Origin: Candidatus Hydrogenedentota bacterium
GTDB lineage: Bacteria > Hydrogenedentota > Hydrogenedentia > Hydrogenedentales > SLHB01
Assembly (NCBI GenBank): GCA_045863335.1
Contig: BTVY01000019.1
Span: forward strand, 47,039 to 111,038
Direction: 5' to 3'
Length of the DNA: 64,000 nucleotides
The position numbers were made by a program, and so were the translations under genes. The stretch's first letter is position 1, and the number at the start of each line of letters is the position of its first letter. The notes below the pieces were generated by a model. It saw nothing but the letters and a program-made list of their open reading frames with translations, searched no databases and was not told where the DNA came from. Shown piece by piece: positions 47,093 to 56,686 of this stretch.

Positions 47093-47372
47093 GAATTGGG
47101 AATTAAGAATTAAGAATTAAGAATTGGGGACTAAGAACTACGAATTAAGAATTGTGAATTAAGAATTGACTGTCCCTGTCTTTTCAGGAGTGGAGATCTT
47201 CGAAAGGGTCAATCGCCATCCATTGGTGAACGAGATTCTCCCGGCTTCGCCGCTGGCGATGCCGTGTCTTATCGCCGGCGCTCCGCTGTCGATCCGAGTC
47301 CCAGTGCCCTCGCCCCCCAATCCCCAGTTCTTAATTCGTAATTCTTAATTCATAATTCTTAACTCCCAATTT
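47079..47372. repeat. Inverted heptamer arrays (GAATTNN x13 ... NNAATTC x8)
   Basis: 13 units at 47079-47169 and 8 inverted units at 47317-47372, with a 147-bp spacer. Confidence 0.9.
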
Positions 47373-47475
47373 CCCACCCCTTCCCGGTGCAACGCGCCGC
47401 GCCCACGGGGTAGCAACCTGTTACCCCAACTGCGGGCGCGTCTGCCGGCCCGCGCCCACCGCGAAAGGAAATCTC

Positions 47476-48252
47476 ATGAGAAACCGCCTCGTCTTCGCCG
47501 TTCTTCTAACCCTGTGCGTCATCGTCCTTACCGCCATCGGCGCCGCGCCTCGTTATCTCGAAGAACTCCGCATCGGCGGCGGTTACGGCGAACCCGTGGA
47601 CGGCGGCGCCGACTTCGAGTCCGACGGCGACCTCCTCACCGACGGCAACCTCACCGTCGACGGCAACGCGACCATCGAACAAGACCTCTACGTCAACGGC
47701 AACGATATCCTGACTGACGGGGACCTGCTCGCATTGAATCCCGCGGGGGCAGGACACTTCTTTGTAAGTTCCAACACTGCGCAGTTTCAAAACACGGGGG
47801 GTAGATTGTGGTTTGTGAATACGCTTGGGAATACGTCCCACATTCGGTTCTACATGCCAGACGGGATAGGTCTCAGTCAGGACTATGGGTCCATCTGGTG
47901 CGTGGCTTCCGACGTAACTGATAGTAGTGAAGACGGCTCCTTCAAGCTAGCTCTGATCCGTGATGGAGTCTACGACTACGATGTTCTCTCGCTTGATAGC
48001 CAGGGAAACGGCCGATTCGACGGCAATGTATCTGCGAACGGCGGCACTCTTGTCGCTGGCATCGCGGGCTCGAGACGAGGTATCGTGTCACTAACCAATG
48101 GTGCAGCGGGAACTGAGCCGGCAAGTATTGCCATTCAGTCACGCAACGGAACTACTTGGTACTTGTTTGTCGAAGATGATGGAACGGTTCGAGTACACAA
48201 TACATTGCCAAGTAGTAACGCGGATGGAAATATCGTGGGATTGCAGAACTAA
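47476..48252 (+). CDS. Secreted hypothetical protein with fibre-like beta repeats
   Basis: Signal peptide; DGDLLTDGNLTVDGNATIEQDLYVNG repeats; RBS AAGGA. Confidence 0.7.
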   Translation: MRNRLVFAVLLTLCVIVLTAIGAAPRYLEELRIGGGYGEPVDGGADFESDGDLLTDGNLTVDGNATIEQDLYVNGNDILTDGDLLALNPAGAGHFFVSSNTAQFQNTGGRLWFVNTLGNTSHIRFYMPDGIGLSQDYGSIWCVASDVTDSSEDGSFKLALIRDGVYDYDVLSLDSQGNGRFDGNVSANGGTLVAGIAGSRRGIVSLTNGAAGTEPASIAIQSRNGTTWYLFVEDDGTVRVHNTLPSSNADGNIVGLQN

Positions 48253-48319
48253 CTTTCAACAGAGAGACGGACAAATGCGTAGCCAGTTTGGTGCAACTTC
48301 GCTTTCTCGCACACGCCAA

Positions 48320-50932
48320 TTAGCGGACTTTCATTAGTCGGAAGTTGTCGAGGTTGATATGCGCCGGATAGGACCCACCCTGCATCGCAACGGCAAGAAC
48401 AATAGAAGCTCGACTCTCCCCGACTGTTACAAACCGACCTGCTTTGGTGACGAACCCATCGTTGGTTTCAAAAGAAATCACTGAGGGGGTGAGTCGCACG
48501 AACTCAATGCCGCCAGCCCCGGTGTCACTAAGTTGCCAACCGGAGATGCTCACTGCATTCGCAGAAGGGTTGAAACAATCAACGAAAAGCTCATACTCAC
48601 TGCCGCTCTCCAATTCGATCGGCTCTGTACGAAATCTGGCGTTGACAGAGGTAGGTCCAGGCGGATGTTCCCAAGAGACTCTGGCTGACTGTTGTCCGTT
48701 AGTAGAGAGCGTGTAGTCTCTTTCGACCCGGATCGTTTCGGGGGGATAGTCGAAACTTTCTAGTGTATCTATTGATGACCAGAGTTCGAGATTCCCATTC
48801 GGGAACTCGTTGTGCTTGTGTGCGAAGCGGGCGCGCGGATAGAACGGTAGAGGGTTTGTGGTAATCGTTGCGTACGCTGGCAACGCCTGCTCCCCAGGCC
48901 GGAGCGTCATTGGAAGTAATACAGGAAAAGCAGCTCGGTCCCGCACCGTATAGACGCCGCGAACGCAAGGCAGTAGGTCTCTTTCGATAAGGAAACCTCG
49001 GAATTCTCGCCCTCCCCACGTGCTCGATTCTGATGCTTCAAATACAGGGAGGAAGTATCGAATTAAGCGGGCATCTCCTTTGTTCGGGGACAGCTCAACC
49101 CGGTGGGTGAAGTCATTGAATGTAGTTCGCGCTTCGTACCGCGGCCAAAACGTCACGGGACGGTCCAGTTCGAAATCAATTGCAAAGTACGAAGAGCGCA
49201 CGAAGTCGGGATCGGCGGATGCGAATCCTTCCTCGCCGATGTCGAAAGATACCCATGCTGTACCCTCGTTTTCAAATGCCTGCGACGCCACGGGAACAAG
49301 TTCTGTCTTCTGGTATCGGTCGTATAATTGGCGCGCGATGCCTGCCTGGTACATGCGCGCGATCACCAATGGCAACACGACCGTGCATGCAGATACTAAA
49401 GCGACAGTTCCGATGCGGATCGCGTGTGGTCTTAAACCCATAATTTTCTCACGTGGTCGCCTAGGAGGATTCTGGGCTGACCGGGCTATTCTCCACGACT
49501 GGACAGCACACCAAACTATGGAGAGCAAAGCGACGAGCGACCACCAAAGCGCACACTCCAAGTGAAAAAAGTGGCGTTGGGAGAATTGAAGACTGGAGTA
49601 GCCGGTGAAATAAAGCATCAAGAACAGATACGAAAGGCCGAACCGAATGCAACGCGTACTCAATATGATAGCGAGCGTCGCGCACACCAGTACTCCTTTG
49701 CCTGAGAGGAATCCGAGGTATTTCCAGCGCAGAGAGAACAATCGATGGACAAACGTGTTGGGGTTCCATTCCTCGTCGGGGGCTTCGGTGAAATACGGTC
49801 CGTAGTTCAGTATTCTGATTGCTGCCGCGTACCATCGTGTGAGCATGTCTGCCGGAAAATTGCCTGCGACCCAGCGGTACGTGTCTGCACAGATTTCGTC
49901 GTATTCTGGTGTTCCGTAGAGGATCTCTTCCGTTACTCCTCCCTGTTGGGCAAAGTCTTTAGCCAAGCTATATGCATACGGATCTCGATAGATGGGGCCG
50001 AAAGCATAAGGCGTATTGCCGACTCCCATGGCTTTTTCGAACGGTTCCATGAGGCCCAAGATTAGTACGTGAGAAGTTGTACCACCCTTCTCTCTCATCG
50101 CACCCAAGAGCGGGAAGCCTGTTGTGAGGAATGCCACAATCAGCAGTGCAATTGCGAATGCGCGCCTGCGCCAGTCTTGCCTCAGCGAACCAGGAATAAA
50201 GATTGCAAGCACGACTACGGTCGGCGGGATGCAAATCACGACATCTTTACGAAATCCGAGTCCTATTCCGAGAGTTGCGCCAAGTAGTGCTATCAGTACG
50301 TAACGGTTTCGCCACGAAAAGTTTCGGCTTACCAAATACGCCAGTGCCGCGATCGTGGCGATTATGAATGGTACCTTCGAGTAGTCGCGCAAGAATGCGA
50401 GGTAGTAGAGATTGAATGGCGACAGTATGCAAAGGAGCGTGCCTAGAAGCGAAAGGCTACGTCCGCATACCGATCGAAACAGCGCATACAGGGCCAAGCC
50501 AGAAACAGCGAACATCGCGCCAAAAAGTGGTAGCAGAGCCTGCCATGAAATGCCGAAGAACTTCCACAACAATCCAGAGGTGTATAGCAAATAGCGCCAC
50601 CGGGCCTGAAGCTGAGTCAGGGGTTCCGTGGCTACTTCAGAGGGAATATCGGAAAGCGCCAGCGACTGGGACCGGCCCTCCAGGAATTCGTCCAGTCCGG
50701 GAACGGTACCGGAGACTGGGTTGACGAACCCATTACCGGCTGCAATCATCACGGCAGGGCCATATTCTCGTTGGTAGTAGTCCGCACCATCTCCCCAGAC
50801 TGCGACATATGTCATCCCGAGCGTACTTGAGAAGAGCAGAAGGGAAAGACAGATGACCCATTCAACGAGCGAATCGCGCGTGAATGTCGGCTGCAACCGT
50901 GTCGCAAGATAATCTCGATCTAACAGCTGCAT
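48320..50932 (-). CDS. Large polytopic membrane protein, GT-C/GtrC-like candidate with a CBM-like C-terminal domain
   Basis: About 12 TM segments then a soluble domain; NEFPNGNLE resembles CBM4/9 starts; overlaps the stop of the upstream GT2; lower GC. Confidence 0.6.
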   Translation of the reverse strand: MQLLDRDYLATRLQPTFTRDSLVEWVICLSLLLFSSTLGMTYVAVWGDGADYYQREYGPAVMIAAGNGFVNPVSGTVPGLDEFLEGRSQSLALSDIPSEVATEPLTQLQARWRYLLYTSGLLWKFFGISWQALLPLFGAMFAVSGLALYALFRSVCGRSLSLLGTLLCILSPFNLYYLAFLRDYSKVPFIIATIAALAYLVSRNFSWRNRYVLIALLGATLGIGLGFRKDVVICIPPTVVVLAIFIPGSLRQDWRRRAFAIALLIVAFLTTGFPLLGAMREKGGTTSHVLILGLMEPFEKAMGVGNTPYAFGPIYRDPYAYSLAKDFAQQGGVTEEILYGTPEYDEICADTYRWVAGNFPADMLTRWYAAAIRILNYGPYFTEAPDEEWNPNTFVHRLFSLRWKYLGFLSGKGVLVCATLAIILSTRCIRFGLSYLFLMLYFTGYSSLQFSQRHFFHLECALWWSLVALLSIVWCAVQSWRIARSAQNPPRRPREKIMGLRPHAIRIGTVALVSACTVVLPLVIARMYQAGIARQLYDRYQKTELVPVASQAFENEGTAWVSFDIGEEGFASADPDFVRSSYFAIDFELDRPVTFWPRYEARTTFNDFTHRVELSPNKGDARLIRYFLPVFEASESSTWGGREFRGFLIERDLLPCVRGVYTVRDRAAFPVLLPMTLRPGEQALPAYATITTNPLPFYPRARFAHKHNEFPNGNLELWSSIDTLESFDYPPETIRVERDYTLSTNGQQSARVSWEHPPGPTSVNARFRTEPIELESGSEYELFVDCFNPSANAVSISGWQLSDTGAGGIEFVRLTPSVISFETNDGFVTKAGRFVTVGESRASIVLAVAMQGGSYPAHINLDNFRLMKVR

Positions 50933-51888
50933 GGGCCGTTGCTTTGGCGGGAGATGCATTCCCGTTCGATGTAGGCGGGATACCGTTGGTTAAGCAGGAA
51001 TCCTCGAATGGTGAACTCGCCGACGATGCAGAGGAGGCCGAGTGTGGCGAGGCAGGAGATGACGAGGGCGTTGAGGATGAGGCCGTTGGTGACGGTGGAG
51101 AGGATTCTGATGTGGAACACGAGGTCGATGCCGATGCGCAGGGCGACGAGGGCGGCGAGGAGGAGGCAGAGTCCTCCGATGAGTTGGAACGGTTTGTGGG
51201 AGAGGTTCACGATGTTCTCCATGTTGAATTGCCAGAGTTTGCGGAAGGTCCAGCCGCTGCGTCCGTAGGGACGGGGGAAGTGGGTCACGGGGACCTCGGT
51301 CCAGCGTCCGATGCGGGAGATGACGCTGGCGGTGTTGAAGAGTTTGAAGGGGCCGAGATCGAAGGCGTGGAGGATCTTGGCGTTGTAGAGTTTGAAGGTG
51401 CAGCCGAAGTCGCTGAGGGTGGTCTGTGAGACGCGGCGCATGATCATGTTGGCGATTTTCGAGGGGAGCACGCGGAAGGGGGAATCGCGGCGGTCGACGC
51501 GGTAGCCGCTGACGAGGTCGTAGCCTTCGTCGTATTTTTCGACGAGGCGCGGCAGGTCTTTGGGCGTGAGTTGGAGGTCGCTGTCGATAAAGAGAATGGC
51601 CTTTCCCCGGGCGCGGGTGGCGCCGGCGGTCATGGCGGCGAGTTGGCCGCTGTTTTTGAAGAAGTCGACGATGGCGTAGATGTTGGGGTCTTTCTCGAAG
51701 AGTTCTTTCATGATGTCGAAGGTGCGGTCGGTGCTGCCGTCGTTGATCATGATGATTTCGTAGGGGCGGCCGAGGCCGCGGAGGGCGTCGGACAACTGGG
51801 CGTAGAATTCGGGGAGGCTTTTCTCCTCGAAGTAGGATGTGACGATGGCGGTGATGTCGGGTTGGGGGCTGTTCTCGTCCACGCTCAT
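50920..51888 (-). CDS. GT2 polyprenyl-phosphate glycosyltransferase (ArnC/GtrB-like)
   Basis: INDGSTD, KNSGQLAA, IDSDLQ, GYDLVSGYR, DFGC, two C-terminal TM helices. Confidence 0.92.
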   Translation of the reverse strand: MSVDENSPQPDITAIVTSYFEEKSLPEFYAQLSDALRGLGRPYEIIMINDGSTDRTFDIMKELFEKDPNIYAIVDFFKNSGQLAAMTAGATRARGKAILFIDSDLQLTPKDLPRLVEKYDEGYDLVSGYRVDRRDSPFRVLPSKIANMIMRRVSQTTLSDFGCTFKLYNAKILHAFDLGPFKLFNTASVISRIGRWTEVPVTHFPRPYGRSGWTFRKLWQFNMENIVNLSHKPFQLIGGLCLLLAALVALRIGIDLVFHIRILSTVTNGLILNALVISCLATLGLLCIVGEFTIRGFLLNQRYPAYIERECISRQSNGPCSC

Positions 51889-51931
51889 GGTTCCCCGTTG
51901 AACTTGGTCTCTATCCGTTGCGGTTTCTGCC

Positions 51932-52034
51932 GCCCCCGTTCGGGGGCTGTATGGACTAGGAAATGATACTTCCCCAGGGATTCGCTCGTGCCTCGCTGCA
52001 CCCTGGGCCAGGGGACTGGTCGCCCCTCCGGGGC
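51932..52034. repeat. REP-like hairpin cluster inside the operon
   Basis: GCCCCCGTTCGGGGGC; CCCAGGG...CCCTGGG; GCCCCTCCGGGGC. Confidence 0.6.
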
Positions 52035-52043
52035 TGCGCTAGT

Positions 52044-52712
52044 TCATAGGCGATCGTCCGGATCGAATTCCCGGATGACGGCGGCGGGCACGCCGGCGAC
52101 GATGGTGTTGGGGGCGACGTGCCGGGTGACGACAGCGCCCGCGCCGACGAGGGCGCCGCGGCCGATTCGTATCCGGGGGAGTATCGTACAGTTTGCTCCC
52201 AGTTCAGCGCCATAGCCAAGGTGTACGTGCCCGGTAACGGTAGCACACGGCGCGACGGTGACAAAATCTTCGATAACGCAATCGTGGCTGATGGAGGCGT
52301 TGTTGTTGAGGATGACGTGTTGTCCGATGCGCACGTTCACGGTGATCACCGCGCCCGGCGCGATGATGGTTCCTTCGCCGATCTCGTGTTGCGTGTGGCA
52401 TACGGCGGCCGGATGGACGGCGGTCAGGAAGGTGGCGCCGGACTGGGTCAGCCGTTGAACGACGGCCATGCGGGCGCGTGGATCGCCGATGGCGCAGATG
52501 CTGCGCGCCCCGGGATAGCCGGCCACCGCAGTCTCAGGTCCGAGCACGGACTGGCCATCGACCTGTAAACCGTGTTGATCCTGCTGGTTGGTCAGGAACC
52601 CGAGAATCTCAAGAGGCGGCTGTGCGCCGCTCCGGTTGTGGGCTTCCAGAATTGCGAGCGTTTCGCGCCCCATGCCACCCGTGCCGACGACGATTGCGGG
52701 AACCGGCATCAT
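52044..52712 (-). CDS. Sugar N/O-acetyltransferase (NeuD/PglD/VioB family)
   Basis: GTGGMGRE, AIGDPRAR, ISHDC, hexapeptide repeats, GVPA. Confidence 0.9.
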   Translation of the reverse strand: MMPVPAIVVGTGGMGRETLAILEAHNRSGAQPPLEILGFLTNQQDQHGLQVDGQSVLGPETAVAGYPGARSICAIGDPRARMAVVQRLTQSGATFLTAVHPAAVCHTQHEIGEGTIIAPGAVITVNVRIGQHVILNNNASISHDCVIEDFVTVAPCATVTGHVHLGYGAELGANCTILPRIRIGRGALVGAGAVVTRHVAPNTIVAGVPAAVIREFDPDDRL

Positions 52713-53911
52713 GAGGCCACCGCGGCATTGTGGATCGCTTCGATGACGTCGCAGACCGCTCCGACCGTTTCCGGCGGCAGCGATCCGAAGATGGGCAGGC
52801 AGAGGATGCGTTCCGCGACGCGCTCGGCCACGGGCAGGTTCTCCGGCCGCGCGGACGGCAGCGCCGCGTAGCAGGGATAGTGCGAGCAGAGCGGATGAAA
52901 GTATTTGCGCGTAACGATGTTGCAGTCCCGCAGGGCCTGATGCAAGGCGTCGCGCGAGATGCCGAATTGCGCCTCGTCGATCAGGATGGGGAAGTAGCTG
53001 TGGTTCGGCGTGAAGTCCTTGCTATGGGGAAGCAACGCGATACCCGGCAGCGTCGCCAGCCGTTCGCGATAGAGGCGCGCGATCGCGGCGCGTTGCGCGA
53101 TCTCCTGGTCGACGGTTTCGAGTTGAAGCAATCCGAAGGCTGCCTGGAACTCGTTGAGCTTGCCGTTGATGCCGGGACCGATCACCGTTTCCTCGTCGGC
53201 GATGCCGAAGTTCTTGAGGAAGTCGACGCGCTCCTTGTGCTGCGGCGACGAAGCGACCACCGCGCCGCCTTCGATGGTCGTGTAGAGTTTCGTCGCGTGA
53301 AAGCTGAGCACCGAGGCGTTGCCGTAGCGCAGGATCGACTGGCCCTTATAGCGTACGCCGAACGCGTGGGCGGCGTCGTAGACTACGGCGAGTCCGTGGC
53401 GGTCGGCGATGGTCTGGATGGCGTCCACATCGCAGGGCGTGCCGTAGACATGAACGGCGAGAATGGCGCGGGTGTTCGAGCCGATGTGCTGTTCGATGCG
53501 GGCCGGATCCAGGTTGTACGTGCCGGGATCGATGTCGGCGAACACGGGGGTCACCCCGTTCCAGTGGAGGACGTGCGGCGTGGCCGCGAAGGTGAACGGC
53601 GTGGTGATGACTTCGCCGCCATTGATCCGCAGGCTTTGCAGCGCGACCAGCAGCGCGATGGTGCCGTTGCAGAAGAGGCTCAGGTTTTCCACACCGAGGT
53701 GCTGCTCCAAGCGGCGTTCCAGGTCTTGATGCATACACCCCTGGTTCGTGAGCCATCCCGTTTTCCACAGACGTTCAAGTTCCTGGGTGTAGCGTCCCAG
53801 ATCGGGCATGGTCGGTTTCGTCACATACACGGGTTCCGGCAGCCGGTGGCTATCGAGGACGCGTTTCCAATCGTTTGTCGGGTCGTTCACGTTGTGTTGC
53901 CTCGTGTGCAT
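52709..53911 (-). CDS. DegT/DnrJ/EryC1/StrS aminotransferase (VioA-like)
   Basis: NGTIAL, TTPFTFAAT, YDAAHAFG, SFHATK, GINGKLNEFQAA. Confidence 0.93.
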   Translation of the reverse strand: MHTRQHNVNDPTNDWKRVLDSHRLPEPVYVTKPTMPDLGRYTQELERLWKTGWLTNQGCMHQDLERRLEQHLGVENLSLFCNGTIALLVALQSLRINGGEVITTPFTFAATPHVLHWNGVTPVFADIDPGTYNLDPARIEQHIGSNTRAILAVHVYGTPCDVDAIQTIADRHGLAVVYDAAHAFGVRYKGQSILRYGNASVLSFHATKLYTTIEGGAVVASSPQHKERVDFLKNFGIADEETVIGPGINGKLNEFQAAFGLLQLETVDQEIAQRAAIARLYRERLATLPGIALLPHSKDFTPNHSYFPILIDEAQFGISRDALHQALRDCNIVTRKYFHPLCSHYPCYAALPSARPENLPVAERVAERILCLPIFGSLPPETVGAVCDVIEAIHNAAVAS

Positions 53912-53923
53912 GCGTGGTTGCGC

Positions 53924-54988
53924 CTACGTAACCGGCGCGTTCAGATTCTCGTAGATCTCGTTGAGGATCGCAGGAACATCGTACCGGCGACGCCACTCGG
54001 GGTAGTGGGAATGGAATCGCCGCGTATCGCTGATCCACCAGCGGTGGTCGCCCTGGCGGGGTTCATCGATCGTCGTGGTCGTCATGGAGCGTCCGGTGAT
54101 TTCGTCACACAACGCGATGGCTTCGCGAACGGAGCAGTTCGATTCGCGGCCTCCGCCGATGTTATAGACCTCGCCGCAGCGCGGGGCTTTGAATACCAGC
54201 CAGAAGGCCTCGGCGAGGTCGCGGGCGTGGAGGTTGTCGCGGACCTGTTTCCCGCCGTAGCCATAGATTCGGTATTCCCGGTTGCGCACGGCGCAGCGCA
54301 TGAGGTAGGCGAGAAAGCCGTGGAGTTCCGCGCCGGCGTGGCCGGGGCCGGTGATGCAGCCCGCGCGGAAGCAGACCGTCTTCATGCCGAAGTAGCGGCC
54401 GTATTCCTGGACCATGACGTCGGCGGCGACCTTGGATGCGCCGAAGACGGAATGCTTGCACTGGTCGATGGAGAGGGATTCGTCGATGCCGTGTTCGGCG
54501 TAGGGGTGGGCGGGATCGAGTTCCCATCGGGTGTCGCCTTCCACAAAGGGCAGGGCGTTCGGCGCGTCGCCATAGACCTTGTTAGTGGAAGTGAAGATAA
54601 ACGGGGCGTCCGGCGCGTGGCGGCGCGTGAGTTCCAGCAGGTTCACGGTGCCCGTGGCGTTGACGGCGAAATCCGTTTGGGGATCGCGGGCGGCCCAGTC
54701 GTGGCTTGGCTGGCCGGCCGCATGCACGATGAGATCGATGGCGCCGGCCTGTTCCTGGAACACGGCGCTGAGCGCCCCTTCGTCGCGGATGTCGATCGGG
54801 TGATGGACGTAGTTTTCAGATTCCGCGGCAAGGCGTTCGGCGGTGGGCCGCGTCGACGCGTCGTCGCCGAAAAACCGGGCGCGGAGGTCGTTGTCGATGC
54901 CGTGGACATGGTGGCCTTCGAGGCAAAACCGGCGGACGGTTTCGCTGCCGACGAGCCCTGCTGATCCCGTTACGATGACACAACCCAT
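53924..54988 (-). CDS. NAD-dependent nucleotide-sugar epimerase (CDP-paratose 2-epimerase-like)
   Basis: [35 protein letters not shown]. Confidence 0.9.
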   Translation of the reverse strand: MGCVIVTGSAGLVGSETVRRFCLEGHHVHGIDNDLRARFFGDDASTRPTAERLAAESENYVHHPIDIRDEGALSAVFQEQAGAIDLIVHAAGQPSHDWAARDPQTDFAVNATGTVNLLELTRRHAPDAPFIFTSTNKVYGDAPNALPFVEGDTRWELDPAHPYAEHGIDESLSIDQCKHSVFGASKVAADVMVQEYGRYFGMKTVCFRAGCITGPGHAGAELHGFLAYLMRCAVRNREYRIYGYGGKQVRDNLHARDLAEAFWLVFKAPRCGEVYNIGGGRESNCSVREAIALCDEITGRSMTTTTIDEPRQGDHRWWISDTRRFHSHYPEWRRRYDVPAILNEIYENLNAPVT

Positions 54989-55067
54989 GTAAACCCCGGC
55001 CCCTCCTGCTGTGCTGTCGAGCAGATGAACGGGCAGTCTATGCAATGGAGAAAGGAAGTTTCAATTT

Positions 55068-55257
55068 GATTGCGGAATGCGGAATGCGGGATTGCGCAAT
55101 GCGGGATTGCGCAATGCGGAATGTAGGATTGCGGACAGACAGTCGGGGCTGGGAAGAAGACTGGGGAGCGGGCTTGTGGCTGGGAGAAAGGTAGATTTGA
55201 GGTATTCCGGTGAGAATTGAGATCTTAGATTTGGAATTTGAGATCTCAGATTTCTGG
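55068..55257. repeat. Two degenerate heptamer arrays
   Basis: GATTGCG/GAATGCG/CAATGCG units at 55068-55135; GAATTGA GATCTTA GATTTGG AATTTGA GATCTCA units up to about 55257. Confidence 0.8.
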
Positions 55258-55270
55258 AAACTTGGACCGA

Positions 55271-55383
55271 CTTGGAGCATGCGGTTTTGGGTTGAGGTCT
55301 TGTGGCTTGGAGCATGCGGTTCTGGGTTGAGGTCTTGTGGCTTGGAGCATGCGGTTCTGGGTTGAGGTCTTGCTTCTTGGAGC
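55271..55383. repeat. 35-bp tandem repeat, about 3.2 copies
   Basis: CTTGGAGCATGCGGTTYTGGGTTGAGGTCTTGTGG at 55271, 55306 and 55341, plus a partial copy at 55376; no spacers. Confidence 0.92.
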
Positions 55384-55496
55384 GGGTGGGTTGTAGTTGG
55401 CGTGTTGTGGCGTGGCATGGGCGGGTTGAGGTTGCAGGCATTTGGGGCGGGTTTGTTTTGGTTGAAGTTCGTGCGGGCTGAACTCTACCATGCCAA

Positions 55497-55525
55497 TTGC
55501 ACGGAGGTTGGTTGGGTGCTAGCAT
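55497..55525 (+). promoter_or_regulatory. Putative extended -10 sigma70 promoter
   Basis: TTGCAC, 17 bp, TAGCAT preceded by TGC. Confidence 0.5.
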
Positions 55526-55554
55526 GAAGCCTCGGGACGGAGCAGGATTACCTT

Positions 55555-56520
55555 ATGCATGATTTGGGCAAACTAAAGCGTCTGTCGGAGTGGCCGGAGG
55601 TACGCGTCAGTATCGAGACCGCAGTGGCGGCAGTTGTCGGCGAGATTCCGAAGGAGCGGGTTGATCTCCAGCTCAAGACGCTAGATGAGCTGTCCTTCCC
55701 GGGCTATACGCGGCGACGCGTCAGCTACTTCGTGACGGACTGGGAACGGGTCCAGGCGTGGCTCTTCGTTCCCGATGGCAAAGACGAAGTTCCCGCCATC
55801 CTGTGTTGTCACCAGACCGTGCCGCAAGGAAAAGACGAGCCGGCGGGTATCGAGGGCGATCCCAAGCTTGCCTTCGCCCGTCACTTTGCCGAGCAAGGCT
55901 ATGTGACCATCGCGCCGGACACCATCACCGCAGGCGACCGCGTGCCGCTCAAACACGAGCCTTTCGATACGCGATCTTTCTACAAGGACTATCCCAAGAT
56001 GTCCGCCATCGGAAAGAACGTGGCCGATCATAGCCGCGCATTGGACGTGTTGTGTGAGACGAAACGCGTGGACCCGGCGCGGCTGGGTGTCGTGGGCCAT
56101 AGTTTTGGCGGTTACAACGGGCTTTTTCTGGCCGGTTACGATGACCGCATTCAGTGTTGCGTAGCGAGTTGCGCGTTCACCCGGTTTGCCGAGGATAAGA
56201 AGCCGGAGCGGTGGGTTTCGGACGGCGGTTTTGTCCACTTGCCGAAACTGAAAGAGGCAGTTGACTCGAAGAATTTCCCATTCGACTGGGAGCATCTGCT
56301 GGCGCGGATCGCGCCATGCCCGACGCTGATCGTAACGGCGTTGAATGACGATACGTTCTCCAATACGAAGAGTTGCGCGAAGGCGGTGAAACAAGCGCAG
56401 TCCGTCTACAGATTGCTCGGTGCCCAAGGCGCCCTCGAACACTACGTACATTCGGATGGGCATCGGGTTACCCAAGACACGCTCGATATGATGGATGACT
56501 GGTTCGAGCGGTGGCTCTAA
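55555..56520 (+). CDS. Alpha/beta hydrolase (dienelactone hydrolase-like)
   Basis: Nucleophile elbow GHSFGG, ALNDD, DGH. Confidence 0.88.
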   Translation: MHDLGKLKRLSEWPEVRVSIETAVAAVVGEIPKERVDLQLKTLDELSFPGYTRRRVSYFVTDWERVQAWLFVPDGKDEVPAILCCHQTVPQGKDEPAGIEGDPKLAFARHFAEQGYVTIAPDTITAGDRVPLKHEPFDTRSFYKDYPKMSAIGKNVADHSRALDVLCETKRVDPARLGVVGHSFGGYNGLFLAGYDDRIQCCVASCAFTRFAEDKKPERWVSDGGFVHLPKLKEAVDSKNFPFDWEHLLARIAPCPTLIVTALNDDTFSNTKSCAKAVKQAQSVYRLLGAQGALEHYVHSDGHRVTQDTLDMMDDWFERWL

Positions 56521-56686
56521 GGCAGGGCACGTAAGGGAATTCCCTTTGACTCATAAACGGTTCGAGAGGGAATACATAGATGGAAACCTATCCTGTGCCC
56601 GCGAGAATCGCTGAGAATAAGCGGGGGGCCTTGGGTGTTAGGCCCATCGCCGCGCACGTCGTTTCGAACACGGTCGGGGAGTGCCT

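Noticed and set aside
47380-47470. Riboswitch upstream of the fibre-like gene
   Set aside because: Hairpins are present (GGGGTAGC..GTTACCCC; GCGGGC..GCCCGC) but I recognise no aptamer consensus.
47476-51888. Prophage
   Set aside because: No integrase, terminase, capsid or lysis genes; the fibre-like protein has a signal peptide.
52730-54964. Long antisense ORFs (also 8559..9872, 24846..26108, 36045..37514, 37142..38959, 43693..44907)
   Set aside because: They mirror well-supported genes in GC-rich DNA and carry no recognisable motifs.
55271-55383. 35-bp repeats as a CRISPR array
   Set aside because: Head-to-tail copies with no unique spacers, and no cas genes in the window.
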